Positions 17,407 through 26,897 of a stretch of 64,000 nt of DNA are shown piece by piece. Every line of letters begins with the position of its first letter. Positions within the stretch are counted from its first letter, which is position 1. Source of the DNA: Candidatus Acetothermia bacterium (GTDB lineage: Bacteria; Bipolaricaulota; Bipolaricaulia; RBG-16-55-9; JANLFV01); contig JANLFV010000005.1 of assembly GCA_024653345.1 (NCBI GenBank), forward strand, positions 790-64,789, written 5' to 3'. The notes beneath the pieces were generated by a model. That model ran no database searches and was not told the origin of the DNA. It was given only the letters and a program-made list of their open reading frames with translations. The position numbers were made by a program, and so were the translations under genes.

Positions 17407-19818
17407 ATGGGCTCGAAGGTGGTTGGGGCATCAAGGGGAGGTTTCGCTCTAAGAGCCGCAACGATCATCTTGCTCCTCGGCGGCGCTGTCCATGGCAGCA
17501 GTCCACATCTCCTTGCAGCTGGCCCGCGCGATGTGGTGATCAACGAGGTCGCCTGGATGGGGACGGCCGCGAGCACTTATGACGAGTGGATTGAGCTTTA
17601 CAACAACACCGATCACGACATCGACCTCACCGGCTGGGAGCTTGAAGCTGCCGACGGGACCCCAAGCATTACGCTCTCCGGTATCATCCCCGCCAAGGGC
17701 TACTTCTTGCTCGAACGGACGGATGACAACACCGTGAGCGATATCTCCGCCGATCAAATATACGGGAATGACGGAACTACTTGGGCGCTCAAGAATGATG
17801 GCGAGGCCCTCTTCTTGAGAGACTCCTTCGACAATGTCATTGACACTGCCAACGGCGATGGGGGCAAGTGGCCCGCGGGCACGGCCGCGGGCGGCACTCC
17901 TCCCTATGCCACGATGGAGCGGATCGATCCCCTCGCGCCGGACTCCGACTCGAACTGGGCCACGAACGACGGCGTCCACCGGAACGGCCATGATGCCAAG
18001 GGAGACCCGATCAATGGGACCCCCAAGGCTCTCAACTCGGCCTCGATCGTCAACCATCCTCCCACCTGCAGCGATGTTAGCATCACCATCGACGAGGATA
18101 GCTCGGTAGAGATCGATCTAGCCTTGCACTGCGCCGATCCCGACGGCGATCCCCTGAGCGGCTCGTTCGTGAGCGACCCTGCCCATGGCACCGCCCGGTT
18201 CTTGAGCCCGACCATTCGCTACACCCCCGAGGAGAACTTCTCGGGCGGCGATTCCTTCACCTTCAGGGTGAGCGACGGGCGGCTCGAGAGCAACACCGCC
18301 TCGGCCAACATCTTCGTCAACGAGGTGAATGATGACCCCATCGCCGATGCCGGGCCGGATCAGACCGTGGATGTCGGCTCCATCGTCCAGCTCGACGGCT
18401 CCGCCTCCGCTGACCCCGATGGCGATGAGCTGAGCTACACCTGGTCTCTTGTCTCTAGACCGGCCGGGAGCGCTGCGGTGCTGTCGGACCCCGCGATCGT
18501 CGACCCTACCTTCATCGCCGACCTCGCCGGGGTCTATATTGCAGCGCTCACGGTTGAGGACGGTCGCGGGGGGAGGGCCTCAGATCAGGTGACGATCACG
18601 GCTCTAGCGAACGAGCCCCCGGCGGCCGACTTCTCATATTCTCCCGAGCTTCCCACCACCTGCGAGGTGGTCCAATTCGTCGATAGCTCACAAGATCCCG
18701 ATGGGACGATCGCCGCCTGGGAGTGGGATTTCGGCGACGGTGCTGACTCCACTGACCAGAGCCCGCCTCATCGCTACCTCGAGCCCGGAGCCTACACGGT
18801 GACCCTCACTGTGACCGACGATCGGGGTGCTACCGGAACTGCTTCCGAGGGGATCGAGGTCTGGCTCCGCGAGGGGGATGCGGACAACGACTGCCAGCGG
18901 ACCGTCAAGGACGCCATCCTGGCGGCGAAGTCTGCCCTCGGCCTGCTCGCACTGACTGAGTATCAAGAAAAGGCCGCCGATGTGGTCCCACCGTGCGGGA
19001 CGATCGATGTCCGAGATGTAGTGAGGATCGCCGAAGTGGCCCTGGGGATCAAAGACGAGAGTATCTTCACCTGCGATGGAGGCCAGGGCCTGGGAAGCGT
19101 GAGCTTACGGAAGCCTCAGAGCCTCGGGCCGGCCGAGCTTCGCATCGGCACTAGGGAACTCCTCCCCGGCGAAAGGGCCACCCTCACGATCTTTTCCAGC
19201 GCGGCCCTCTTGGGGCTCCAGGCCGGCCCGGAAGGGGGCCTCTCCTTCGATCCCAAGGTGATCCAGATTAGAGCAGTTCGGGGCGTCCCGCCATACGAGG
19301 TGCTCGCGAGCGAGGTCGATAACGGGGCGGGCCGAGCCAAGTTCATCGCGATCGCCCTGGGGGAGCCCGAGGGCGGCGAGCTCGTCGAGTTGGAGGTCGA
19401 GGCCATCGGGCGAGAGGGCGAGAGCACCCTGATCGGGCTCACACCGGACATGGCCATCGATGCCGAGGGGAACGGACTTAGGCTCGAGGCCGTCGCAGCC
19501 CGGCTGACGGTAGGCCGGCCGGGGCCGCTCAAGGTCGAGCGCGTTCGGGCCTTCCCCAATCCGGCCCGAAGCAGGGAGGTGAGGTTCATCGCCGAAGGCC
19601 AGGGGATCAAAGAGGTCGAGGTCCGGGTCTACGACCTCTCCGGCCGGGAGGTCTTCAATAGCGGCTGGGTCGCGGGCCCGACCTTCGAGTGGAACCTCAT
19701 GGGCAACCGAGGGCGGCTGGTGGCGAGCGGGGTCTACCTCTACATTCTGGCCATCCGCGGCTTCGGCAGGGATGAGCTGGTCCAAAGCGGGCTAAAGAAG
19801 CTGGTGATCCTCCGATGA
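17407..19818 (+). CDS. Secreted multidomain protein: lamin-tail domain, Ig-like/PKD repeats, dockerin, cohesin-like domain and T9SS-like C-terminal domain
   Basis: VVINEVAWMG...EWIELYN (LTD), DSFTFRVSDG, ADAGPDQ and WEWDFGDG (Ig/PKD), GDADNDCQRTVKDA...ADV..CGTIDVRDV (dockerin), AFPNP...VYDLSGR...SGVYLY...KLVILR (tail). Confidence 0.85.
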   Translation: MGSKVVGASRGGFALRAATIILLLGGAVHGSSPHLLAAGPRDVVINEVAWMGTAASTYDEWIELYNNTDHDIDLTGWELEAADGTPSITLSGIIPAKGYFLLERTDDNTVSDISADQIYGNDGTTWALKNDGEALFLRDSFDNVIDTANGDGGKWPAGTAAGGTPPYATMERIDPLAPDSDSNWATNDGVHRNGHDAKGDPINGTPKALNSASIVNHPPTCSDVSITIDEDSSVEIDLALHCADPDGDPLSGSFVSDPAHGTARFLSPTIRYTPEENFSGGDSFTFRVSDGRLESNTASANIFVNEVNDDPIADAGPDQTVDVGSIVQLDGSASADPDGDELSYTWSLVSRPAGSAAVLSDPAIVDPTFIADLAGVYIAALTVEDGRGGRASDQVTITALANEPPAADFSYSPELPTTCEVVQFVDSSQDPDGTIAAWEWDFGDGADSTDQSPPHRYLEPGAYTVTLTVTDDRGATGTASEGIEVWLREGDADNDCQRTVKDAILAAKSALGLLALTEYQEKAADVVPPCGTIDVRDVVRIAEVALGIKDESIFTCDGGQGLGSVSLRKPQSLGPAELRIGTRELLPGERATLTIFSSAALLGLQAGPEGGLSFDPKVIQIRAVRGVPPYEVLASEVDNGAGRAKFIAIALGEPEGGELVELEVEAIGREGESTLIGLTPDMAIDAEGNGLRLEAVAARLTVGRPGPLKVERVRAFPNPARSREVRFIAEGQGIKEVEVRVYDLSGREVFNSGWVAGPTFEWNLMGNRGRLVASGVYLYILAIRGFGRDELVQSGLKKLVILR

Positions 19819-20321
19819 GCGGGCTGAAGGCGATCCTGGGCGGGCTCCTCTTGGCCACGATGGCCGCCTTTCTCAGCGCCTGCGTCGCCGGAGTGGCCTA
19901 CGGCCCGAGCGTGGTCGTGGGTAGCCTTGCGCTTCCGCCGGGCGGGACCGGGCAGGTCGTGATAAGCGTCTTCGGGCTCAATGACCTCCAGGGCCTCCAG
20001 GTCGGGCCGCAAGGGCGGTTCACCTTCGACCAGAAGGTGGTCCAGTTAAAAGCGATTGAAGGGCTCAACGGCTTTGTGGTCTTCGCCAGCAAGATCGATA
20101 ATGCCGGGGGCTGGGCCTCTTTCCTTGTGGCCTTTCCCGGCGGGAGCCGGGGCGAGGACGGGGTGGTCCAGCTCGAGCTTGAGGCCGTCGGGACACTCGG
20201 ATCAAGCTCGACGCTCGCGATCACCTCGATCGATGTCCTGGCCGACAGCCGAGGGAACGATATCACCAACTACGAGATCATCAACGGGAGGGCCATCATT
20301 TCCCCGGGCATTGGACCCTGA
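19815..20321 (+). CDS. Lipoprotein consisting of a single cohesin-like domain
   Basis: LSAC lipobox. LQGLQVGPQGRFTFDQKVVQL is paralogous to LLGLQAGPEGGLSFDPKVIQI in the upstream gene. ATGA start/stop overlap. Confidence 0.75.
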   Translation: MSGLKAILGGLLLATMAAFLSACVAGVAYGPSVVVGSLALPPGGTGQVVISVFGLNDLQGLQVGPQGRFTFDQKVVQLKAIEGLNGFVVFASKIDNAGGWASFLVAFPGGSRGEDGVVQLELEAVGTLGSSSTLAITSIDVLADSRGNDITNYEIINGRAIISPGIGP

Positions 20322-21942
20322 TCCGGGGGTCGAGCCCCTTGTCCCCGTAGGCCCGATCGAAGTGGGCTGCGAACTCCGCGGCCAATTTGGCCGCCCGGCG
20401 GTCGTATTCCCCCTTATCTTGCCAGGTATTCCTGCGATTGAGGATTTCGCTAGGGACCCCGGGGCAGCTTTGGGGGACCCAGAGGTGGAAGAGCTTGTCC
20501 TCTTCGTAATCGGTCTCTTCTAAAGCCCCGTTCAAGGCCGCGCGGACCATCGCCCTGGTGAGGCGGATGTCCAGCCTCCTCCCGATGCCGTAAGGCCCGC
20601 CGCTCCAGCCGGTGTTGACCAGGTAGACCCTTGTCCCGTGCTCTTCCAGCTTCTCCCCGAGCATCCGGGCGTAGACCTCGGGCTTGCGGGGCATGAACGG
20701 CTCGCCGAAGAACCGGGAGAAGGTCGACTGCGGCTCGATCACCCCGGTCTCGGTCCCCGCGAGCTTGCTCGTATAGCCCATGAGGAACCAGAGCATCGCC
20801 TGGTCCTTAGTGAGCCTGGCGATCGGCGGGAGGACCCCATTAGCGTCGGCGGTGAGGAAGAGGATCGTCCGCGGGTGGCCTCCTTGGGCCGAGGGCTTGA
20901 TGTTCTTGAGGAAGGTCAAGGGGTAGGAGCCCCTCGAGTTGGGGGTGAGCCGACTATCATGGAAGTCGAACTCACCGTCAGGATAGATCATGGCATTCTC
21001 GACGATCGCCCCATGCTCGAGGTAGTGGGCCTTGTGCATGATGGCGTTATAGATCTCCGGCTCCTTGTTGGGGTCGAGGTCGATCAGCTTGGCGTAGCAG
21101 CCGCTCTCGAAGTTCGCCACCCCGTTCGGCCCCCAGCCGTGCTCGTCGTCCCCGAGCAGGGCCCGCTCCGGGTCGGCTGATAGAGAGGTCTTCCCCGTCC
21201 CGGAGAGGCCGAGGAAGAGGGCCACATCCCCTTGTGGGCCCTCGTTGGCCGCGCAATGCAAGGGCAAGATCCCCTCCGGCGGGAGGAGGTAGTTCATCAC
21301 GGTGAAGACTAGCTTCTTGACGGAGCCGCAGTAGGCCGAGCCGAAGACCACCCCGATCAGGCGGTCGAAGTCCATGGCGATCACCATCCTCGAGGCCTTC
21401 CCCGTAGCCGGGTCGGTCCGGAGCCGGCCCTTATACCTTTCGGGATCGAGCTTATCGTATGGGAGGGCCAGGATGGTGAGGGGCCTCCCGGCGAAGGTGC
21501 TCCTCCCAAGGTCTGGCGGGACCGGGCGGAACATGTTGTCCGTAAACAACGCCGTGAGGGCCCGGTCAGTGATAGTCCTCACCGGGAGGGCATAGGAGCT
21601 ATCGGCCCCCACGACCCGCTCGGTGAGGTAGAGCCTCGGCTTGGCCCGGAGCGCCTCGAGTGCGTCCTCGAGGATCATCGCGAAGGTCTCCTCGTCCAGG
21701 GGGAGGTTGTTCGGGGAGGTCCAGTCGATCTCGCCCGCGCTCGCCTCATGCCTCACGATCACCGTATCCTTCGGCGAGCGGCCGGTCGACTCCGGCGGGG
21801 TCCAGGTGGCCAGTGCCCCGCTCTGGCTCACGAGCGCCTCCCGCCGCTCGACCGCCTCCTCGATCAGCCGCCCGCGGGAGGGGTTGGACCGGACTTCCCT
21901 GTGGCTCTGCAATAGCCTCTCTAGCTCTCTGGTGAACTCCAT
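20296..21942 (-). CDS. pckA: Phosphoenolpyruvate carboxykinase (ATP)
   Basis: TGRSPKD, LHCAAN, LGLSGTGKTSLS, GDDEHGW, GCYAK and YLVNTGWSGG. Confidence 0.95.
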   Translation of the reverse strand: MEFTRELERLLQSHREVRSNPSRGRLIEEAVERREALVSQSGALATWTPPESTGRSPKDTVIVRHEASAGEIDWTSPNNLPLDEETFAMILEDALEALRAKPRLYLTERVVGADSSYALPVRTITDRALTALFTDNMFRPVPPDLGRSTFAGRPLTILALPYDKLDPERYKGRLRTDPATGKASRMVIAMDFDRLIGVVFGSAYCGSVKKLVFTVMNYLLPPEGILPLHCAANEGPQGDVALFLGLSGTGKTSLSADPERALLGDDEHGWGPNGVANFESGCYAKLIDLDPNKEPEIYNAIMHKAHYLEHGAIVENAMIYPDGEFDFHDSRLTPNSRGSYPLTFLKNIKPSAQGGHPRTILFLTADANGVLPPIARLTKDQAMLWFLMGYTSKLAGTETGVIEPQSTFSRFFGEPFMPRKPEVYARMLGEKLEEHGTRVYLVNTGWSGGPYGIGRRLDIRLTRAMVRAALNGALEETDYEEDKLFHLWVPQSCPGVPSEILNRRNTWQDKGEYDRRAAKLAAEFAAHFDRAYGDKGLDPRIRVQCPGK

Positions 21943-22106
21943 CGCGGCTCACACTATAGCAGTGGAACCGGGAAGCGGACAAGCTCAACGGCTCCACATT
22001 GCACCGGCGCAACTGAGCTGCTAGAATTAGTTTGTTACCCCAGTCCAGATCACCTAACCGCGCTCCGTGAGGCTCGCGGCGCAGGGCTCTCTCAAGGGGG
22101 GATGGA

Positions 22107-22328
22107 ATGCTAGTCGACAACAACACCGGGTTAGAGGGGCGGAGGCCGTCGTTCTGTGTCCTGGGCGCTGGCCCCGGCGGGCTGGCGATGGCCGGCCATC
22201 TAGCCCTGATGGGCTTTGGGGTCAATCTCTACAATCGAACGGAGGAGCGGCTCTGGCCGGTCCAGCAGCGTGGGGGGATCGAGCTCATCGGCGAGGTCGA
22301 GGGCTTCGAGAGGATCGGAGGGGGGTGA
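22107..22328 (+). pseudogene. N-terminal fragment of an NAD(P)-dependent opine-dehydrogenase-like gene
   Basis: Rossmann start VLGAGPGGLAMAGHLALMG...LYNRT, ending after 73 aa at the mscS RBS. Confidence 0.6.
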
Positions 22329-22333
22329 CCCAA

Positions 22334-23380
22334 ATGGCAGGGGTCGTGAGAGACCTGGGCTTGCTTTTCATCCTCCTGGCCGCGGTGGTCCTGGGGAGCT
22401 ATCTCATCCGGCTCTTCTGGGACCAGGTCCTGAAGCGGATCGCCCGGAGGACGCGGACGAAGCTCGACACCATGATCATCGAGGCCACGGAGCGGCCGGC
22501 CTTCCTCCTCGTCTTGCTCGGCGGGTTCTACCTGGTCTTCCAGAGGTTCAGCACCCATCCGGCCCTCGCCGGGACCCCCTGGCTCAAAGTCATCAACGGG
22601 GTCTTCTTCGTGGCCGCAGCGATCGCCTTCACTCGGTTCCTCTATGCCCTGATCAAGGCGATCTTGGACTGGTATCTCGCCGAGGTGGCCGTCCGGACCG
22701 AGACGAGAGTCGATGAGGAGTTCATCCCCCTCTTCGCCCGGCTCCTCAAGGTCATCCTCTACTTCATCGCCATCACCGTCATCCTCGGCTACTTTAAGGT
22801 CAACCTCACGGGGTTCATCGCTACAGCAGGGGTGGCCTCGCTGGCGCTCGCGCTCGCGGCCCAGGAGACGATCGCGAACTGGATCTCCGGGTTCGCCATC
22901 ATGGTCGACCGGCCCTTCAAGGTCGGGGACCGGATCGAGCTACCCGACGGCCAGATCGGGGATGTCTACGAGATCGGCCTCCGCTCCACGAGGATCCGCA
23001 CATTCGATAACAACCTCCTCATCGTCCCCAACACGGAGATGGCCAAGTCCAGGGTCCTCAACTTCCGCTACCCTAGCCCTCAGGCCAGGATCGCCCAGAC
23101 GATCGGCGTGGCCTACGGGAGCGACTTAGATAAAGTGAAACGGGTCTTGCTGGAGATCTGTGCCAATCATCCCGATGTCCTGAAGGAGCCCCCGCCTGGG
23201 GTCTACTTCACCGAGTTCGGCGAGTCCGCCCTCAAGCTCTTCCTCTCCTGCTGGGTGGCCGCCTACCGCGACCTCTTCCGAGTCCAGGACGAGCTGAACA
23301 TGGAGATCAAGCGGCGGTTCGAGCAGGAGGGGATCGAGATCCCCTTCCCCAAGAGGGATGTTCGTATCAGGAGGGAGTAG
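22334..23380 (+). CDS. mscS: Small-conductance mechanosensitive channel (MscS family)
   Basis: LALAAQETIANWISG, RPFKVGDRI, IGLRSTRIRT, GVAYGSD and GIEIPFP. ATG at 22334 follows GGAGG. Confidence 0.93.
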   Translation: MAGVVRDLGLLFILLAAVVLGSYLIRLFWDQVLKRIARRTRTKLDTMIIEATERPAFLLVLLGGFYLVFQRFSTHPALAGTPWLKVINGVFFVAAAIAFTRFLYALIKAILDWYLAEVAVRTETRVDEEFIPLFARLLKVILYFIAITVILGYFKVNLTGFIATAGVASLALALAAQETIANWISGFAIMVDRPFKVGDRIELPDGQIGDVYEIGLRSTRIRTFDNNLLIVPNTEMAKSRVLNFRYPSPQARIAQTIGVAYGSDLDKVKRVLLEICANHPDVLKEPPPGVYFTEFGESALKLFLSCWVAAYRDLFRVQDELNMEIKRRFEQEGIEIPFPKRDVRIRRE

Positions 23381-23539
23381 ATGGGCGGCATGGTCAGGTC
23401 CAGTAGGCCAGGCCGCAGTTGGTAGTGGAGGCTATGCCCGAACAGGTCGGCATTGCGAGCCGGGACGGCGCCGACTCTGGAGCGCTAGGATTCCGGCAAG
23501 GGCCCATGACCTTAGCGGAAGCTGAAGCCTCAAGGAGGC

Positions 23540-23842
23540 ATGATGGAGAGAACGGTAGCTCTACTGCAGCGGCTCTACTGGGCGATTCTGGCGGCTATCG
23601 TCGTCTTGTTCAGCCTGATCAACCTCGATCTTCTCAGGTCGGTAGTGAAGGTCGATCTCCTCTTCGGGAAGTTCGCCGTTCAAGCCGTCTGGTTCTTGGC
23701 CTTCGTCTTGGTCGCCTTCCTCCTCCAGATCCTCATCTCTCGCTCGCTGCTCGCTCTCGTCAGGGCCAAGCTCGAGAAGCTGAACCGGGAGTTGGCGGCG
23801 CTCCGGACCCCTCCCTCTGGAGAGGAGGAGAGGCGGGGCTGA
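23540..23842 (+). CDS. Small membrane protein, LapA/DUF1049-like
   Basis: Two TM helices and a short coiled coil. AAGGAGG RBS. Confidence 0.6.
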   Translation: MMERTVALLQRLYWAILAAIVVLFSLINLDLLRSVVKVDLLFGKFAVQAVWFLAFVLVAFLLQILISRSLLALVRAKLEKLNRELAALRTPPSGEEERRG

Positions 23843-23853
23843 GCCGGCCCTCC

Positions 23854-23882
23854 TTGACGGCCATTGGGCGTTTTGCTATGAT
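23854..23882 (+). promoter_or_regulatory. Sigma70 promoter for rpsT-secF-recJ
   Basis: TTGACG-17 nt-TATGAT with an extended -10 TG. Confidence 0.65.
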
Positions 23883-23932
23883 CCATAGAGTTTGGCCTGG
23901 AATGATCATCAAGGATACGGAGGTGATCGAGC

Positions 23933-24202
23933 ATTCCCAACATTAAGTCAGCGGAGAAGCAGTTGAGGCAGAGTGAGAAGCGCCGCGTCCGGAACAGGCG
24001 GCGACTGACGGCCCTCCGGCGCGTGACCAAGGAGCTCCAGAAGCATCTGGCCGCCGGGGAGAAGGAGAAGGCCCAGGCCCTTCTGCCCAAGCTGATGCAG
24101 GTCGCCGACCGCGCGGCCGCGAAGGGGCCGTTCCACCGGAACAAGGTGGCCCGGATTAAGTCGAAGTGGATGAGGAAGGTGAACGAGCTTGGCCGCGGAT
24201 AG
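23933..24202 (+). CDS. rpsT: 30S ribosomal protein S20 (ATT start)
   Basis: (M)PNIKSAEKQLRQSEKRRVRN...DRAAAKG.FHRNKVARIKS. GGAGGTGA RBS 6 nt before ATT. Confidence 0.92.
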   Translation: MPNIKSAEKQLRQSEKRRVRNRRRLTALRRVTKELQKHLAAGEKEKAQALLPKLMQVADRAAAKGPFHRNKVARIKSKWMRKVNELGRG

Positions 24203-25133
24203 GGGCTATCGGATCGATTTCCTCAAGCATCGTAAGCTCTTCATGGCCCTCTCGGGCTCGCTGGTGCTGATCGCCATCATCTCCCTTCTCCTCCACCAGC
24301 CGCCGCTCAACCCCGGTCTGGACTTCACCGGGGGGACCCGCCTCCGCGTCCAGTTCCCCGAGGATGTCTCCGCCGCCGAGGTGCGGAGCGCCCTGGGGAG
24401 GATCGCCATCCCCGGGGTCGACCTGACGGCCAGCCTGGTCCAGGACTTCCCCGACCTCCGCCGCCAGGGCCAGTTCGTGAAGACGATCACCCTCATGGCC
24501 ACCGAAGAGGACGATGTGGACAGGGTCATCAAGGCGCTCGGGGAGCAATTCCCCGGGATAGAAGTGCTCGAGCGCGATGTGGTCAGCGGGCAGGTGAGCC
24601 GGGAGATCCGCCAGAAGGCCTGGCAGGCGATCCTCGTGGCCCTGGTCGTGATGCTGATCTACATCTCCTGGCGGTTCAAGCTCCGCTTCGCCGTCGGGGC
24701 GGTGGTGGCCTTGGTCCACGACGTGATCATCCCGATCGGGGTCTTCTCCCTCTTCCGCTTCGAGGTCAACCTCTCGGTGATCGCTGCACTGCTCACGATC
24801 GTCGGCTACTCCGTGAACGACACGATCATCGTCTTCGACCGGGTGCGCGAGAACCTGGGGACGCGGAAGAGAAAGGTCGACTACTACGATGTCCTCAACT
24901 TGAGCAATAACCAGACCCTCCCCCGGACGATCCAGACCTCCGTGACCACGCTCATCCCGGTGCTCATCGCACTCTTCTTCGGGGGCTCGGTGCTCCGGCC
25001 CTTCTGCCTGGCGATGACCATCGGGCTGATCTCCGGGACCTACTCCTCGATTTACATCGCGGAGATACTAGTCTACTACTGGTCGCTCAAGGCCGACGCG
25101 GCTAGGGGACGCGCGCGCGTGCGCGCCCGCTGA
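24189..25133 (+). CDS. secF: Protein translocase subunit SecF
   Basis: GLDFTGGT, ALVHDV, GYSVNDTIIVFDRVREN and GTYSSIYIA. Confidence 0.95.
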   Translation: MAADRGYRIDFLKHRKLFMALSGSLVLIAIISLLLHQPPLNPGLDFTGGTRLRVQFPEDVSAAEVRSALGRIAIPGVDLTASLVQDFPDLRRQGQFVKTITLMATEEDDVDRVIKALGEQFPGIEVLERDVVSGQVSREIRQKAWQAILVALVVMLIYISWRFKLRFAVGAVVALVHDVIIPIGVFSLFRFEVNLSVIAALLTIVGYSVNDTIIVFDRVRENLGTRKRKVDYYDVLNLSNNQTLPRTIQTSVTTLIPVLIALFFGGSVLRPFCLAMTIGLISGTYSSIYIAEILVYYWSLKADAARGRARVRAR

Positions 25134-25144
25134 CGGGCCTGCTG

Positions 25145-26875
25145 ATGGAGGACCTTTGCTCGCTCTTCACCTCGAGGCGTTGGCGGCTCAGTCCGCCGAG
25201 CCCAGGGCTGGCCGAGGCCCTCGCGGCCAGACTGGGCTGCTCGCTCGCCCTGGCCCGTGTCCTGGAGGGTCGTAAGGGCGGGAAGCCGGAGGATCTCCTG
25301 GAAGGAGGCCCCGAGCAGTTCAACCCCCCGTGGAGCTTCGCCCCGATGGAGCGGGCGGTGGAGCGGTTGCTCCTCGCCCGCGAGCGCGGCGAGCGGCTCT
25401 TCATCCACGGCGACTTCGATGTGGACGGGATCAGCGGGACAGCCCTCCTCTACCTCGGCCTCCGCCAGGCCGGCTTCCAGGGGTTGAAGGTCGAACTAGA
25501 GGACCGCGCCCGAGGCCACGGCCTCAATCCAGAGGTGGTGAAGCGGGTCATCGCCGAGGGGTTCAAGCTCCTCATCACGGTCGATTCCGGAACCTCCGAC
25601 CCGGACTATGTCGCGCAGCTCGAGGAAGCGGGGGTGAATGTGATCGTCACCGACCACCATCAGCCCCTCCCCCAGCTCCCTCCAGCGACGGCGATCCTGA
25701 ACCCGAGGCTGGAGAGCTGCGCCTACCCCAATAAGGCCCTCGCGGGGGTCGGGGTGACCTTCCAACTCCTCCGCGGGCTCTACGAGCGGCTGGGGATGGC
25801 TGAGCAGGCCCGGGCCTTCCTCGATTTGGTGATGCTCGGGACGGTGGCCGACCTCGTCCCGCTGGTGGCCGACGGCCAGGCGGAGAATAAGGCGCTAGTG
25901 GCCGAGGGCCTGAGGCTGCTCGCCGCCGGCGGGGGCCAGCTCGGCCTCCGGACGCTCGTGGAGAAGGTGGGCCTGGACCCGGCCCGCCTCACTGCTGGGG
26001 AGGTGGGCTACATCGTGGCTCCGAAGGTGAACGCCGCGAACCGCGTGGGCGACCCCCGGGTGGCCTTCCTCCTCCTCACTACCGAGAGCCGCCAGCGGGC
26101 GGACTACCTCGCGGAGATCTTGCTGGACTACAACCGCGACCGCCAGGTGGCCCAGGACGACCTCCTCTACCAGGCGGAGGAGCTGATCCGGGCCGGGGCG
26201 GCCGATCCCGCGCGGGACAAGATCATCATCCTCGAGGGGAAATACTGGAACCCGGGGATCATCGGCCTGGTCGCCTCCGATCTGGTCGAGCGCTACTATC
26301 GCCCCGCGATCCTCATCTCGCGGGGCGAGCGGGAGAGCCGGGCGAGCGGCCGCTCGATCCCCGAGTTCGACCTGATCGCCTCGCTCGAGCGGTTCAGCCA
26401 CCTCTTGCTCCGCCACGGGGGGCACCAGATGGCCGCGGGGTTTTCCATCACCAACCAGAACATCCCTCCCCTGCGCGAGGGGCTCTTCAGCTACGCCAGG
26501 GAGCGGCTGGCCGACCTCGACGGCCCGACCTCGAAGATCGATGCGCTCCTCGCCCCCGAGGAGATCGGCCTCGGCCTCTACAAGGAGATCCAGCGCCTCG
26601 CCCCCTTCGGGATGGGGAACCCCGAGCCGCGGTTCCTCCTCCCGCGCGCCCGGCTCGCATCCGTCGAGCTGGTCGGCAAGGGAGGGAATCACCTCAAGTG
26701 CCGCGCCCAGGCCGGCGGGAGCGAGCTCGAGTGCATCGGGTTCGACATGGGAGGCTATGCCAGGCGGCTCTGGGAGCTAGGGGAGGTCGGGCTGGTCTTC
26801 AAGCTCGGGCGGGATGAGTGGCTCGGCCAGGTGAAGGTCCAACTCGAGCTGGAGGACTTCGTCCCGGCCTGCTGA
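25145..26875 (+). CDS. recJ: ssDNA-specific exonuclease RecJ
   Basis: HGDFDVDG, ITVDSG, TDHH, GTVADLVPL, GGHQMAAG and APFGMGNPEP. Confidence 0.95.
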   Translation: MEDLCSLFTSRRWRLSPPSPGLAEALAARLGCSLALARVLEGRKGGKPEDLLEGGPEQFNPPWSFAPMERAVERLLLARERGERLFIHGDFDVDGISGTALLYLGLRQAGFQGLKVELEDRARGHGLNPEVVKRVIAEGFKLLITVDSGTSDPDYVAQLEEAGVNVIVTDHHQPLPQLPPATAILNPRLESCAYPNKALAGVGVTFQLLRGLYERLGMAEQARAFLDLVMLGTVADLVPLVADGQAENKALVAEGLRLLAAGGGQLGLRTLVEKVGLDPARLTAGEVGYIVAPKVNAANRVGDPRVAFLLLTTESRQRADYLAEILLDYNRDRQVAQDDLLYQAEELIRAGAADPARDKIIILEGKYWNPGIIGLVASDLVERYYRPAILISRGERESRASGRSIPEFDLIASLERFSHLLLRHGGHQMAAGFSITNQNIPPLREGLFSYARERLADLDGPTSKIDALLAPEEIGLGLYKEIQRLAPFGMGNPEPRFLLPRARLASVELVGKGGNHLKCRAQAGGSELECIGFDMGGYARRLWELGEVGLVFKLGRDEWLGQVKVQLELEDFVPAC

Positions 26876-26897
26876 GGGGAACGCCGCGGGGGCAGCG

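Noticed and set aside
23391..23420. SRP-RNA-like GGTCAGGTCC in the intergenic region after mscS
   Set aside because: Lacks the GGAA tetraloop and AGCAG partner strand of SRP helix 8.
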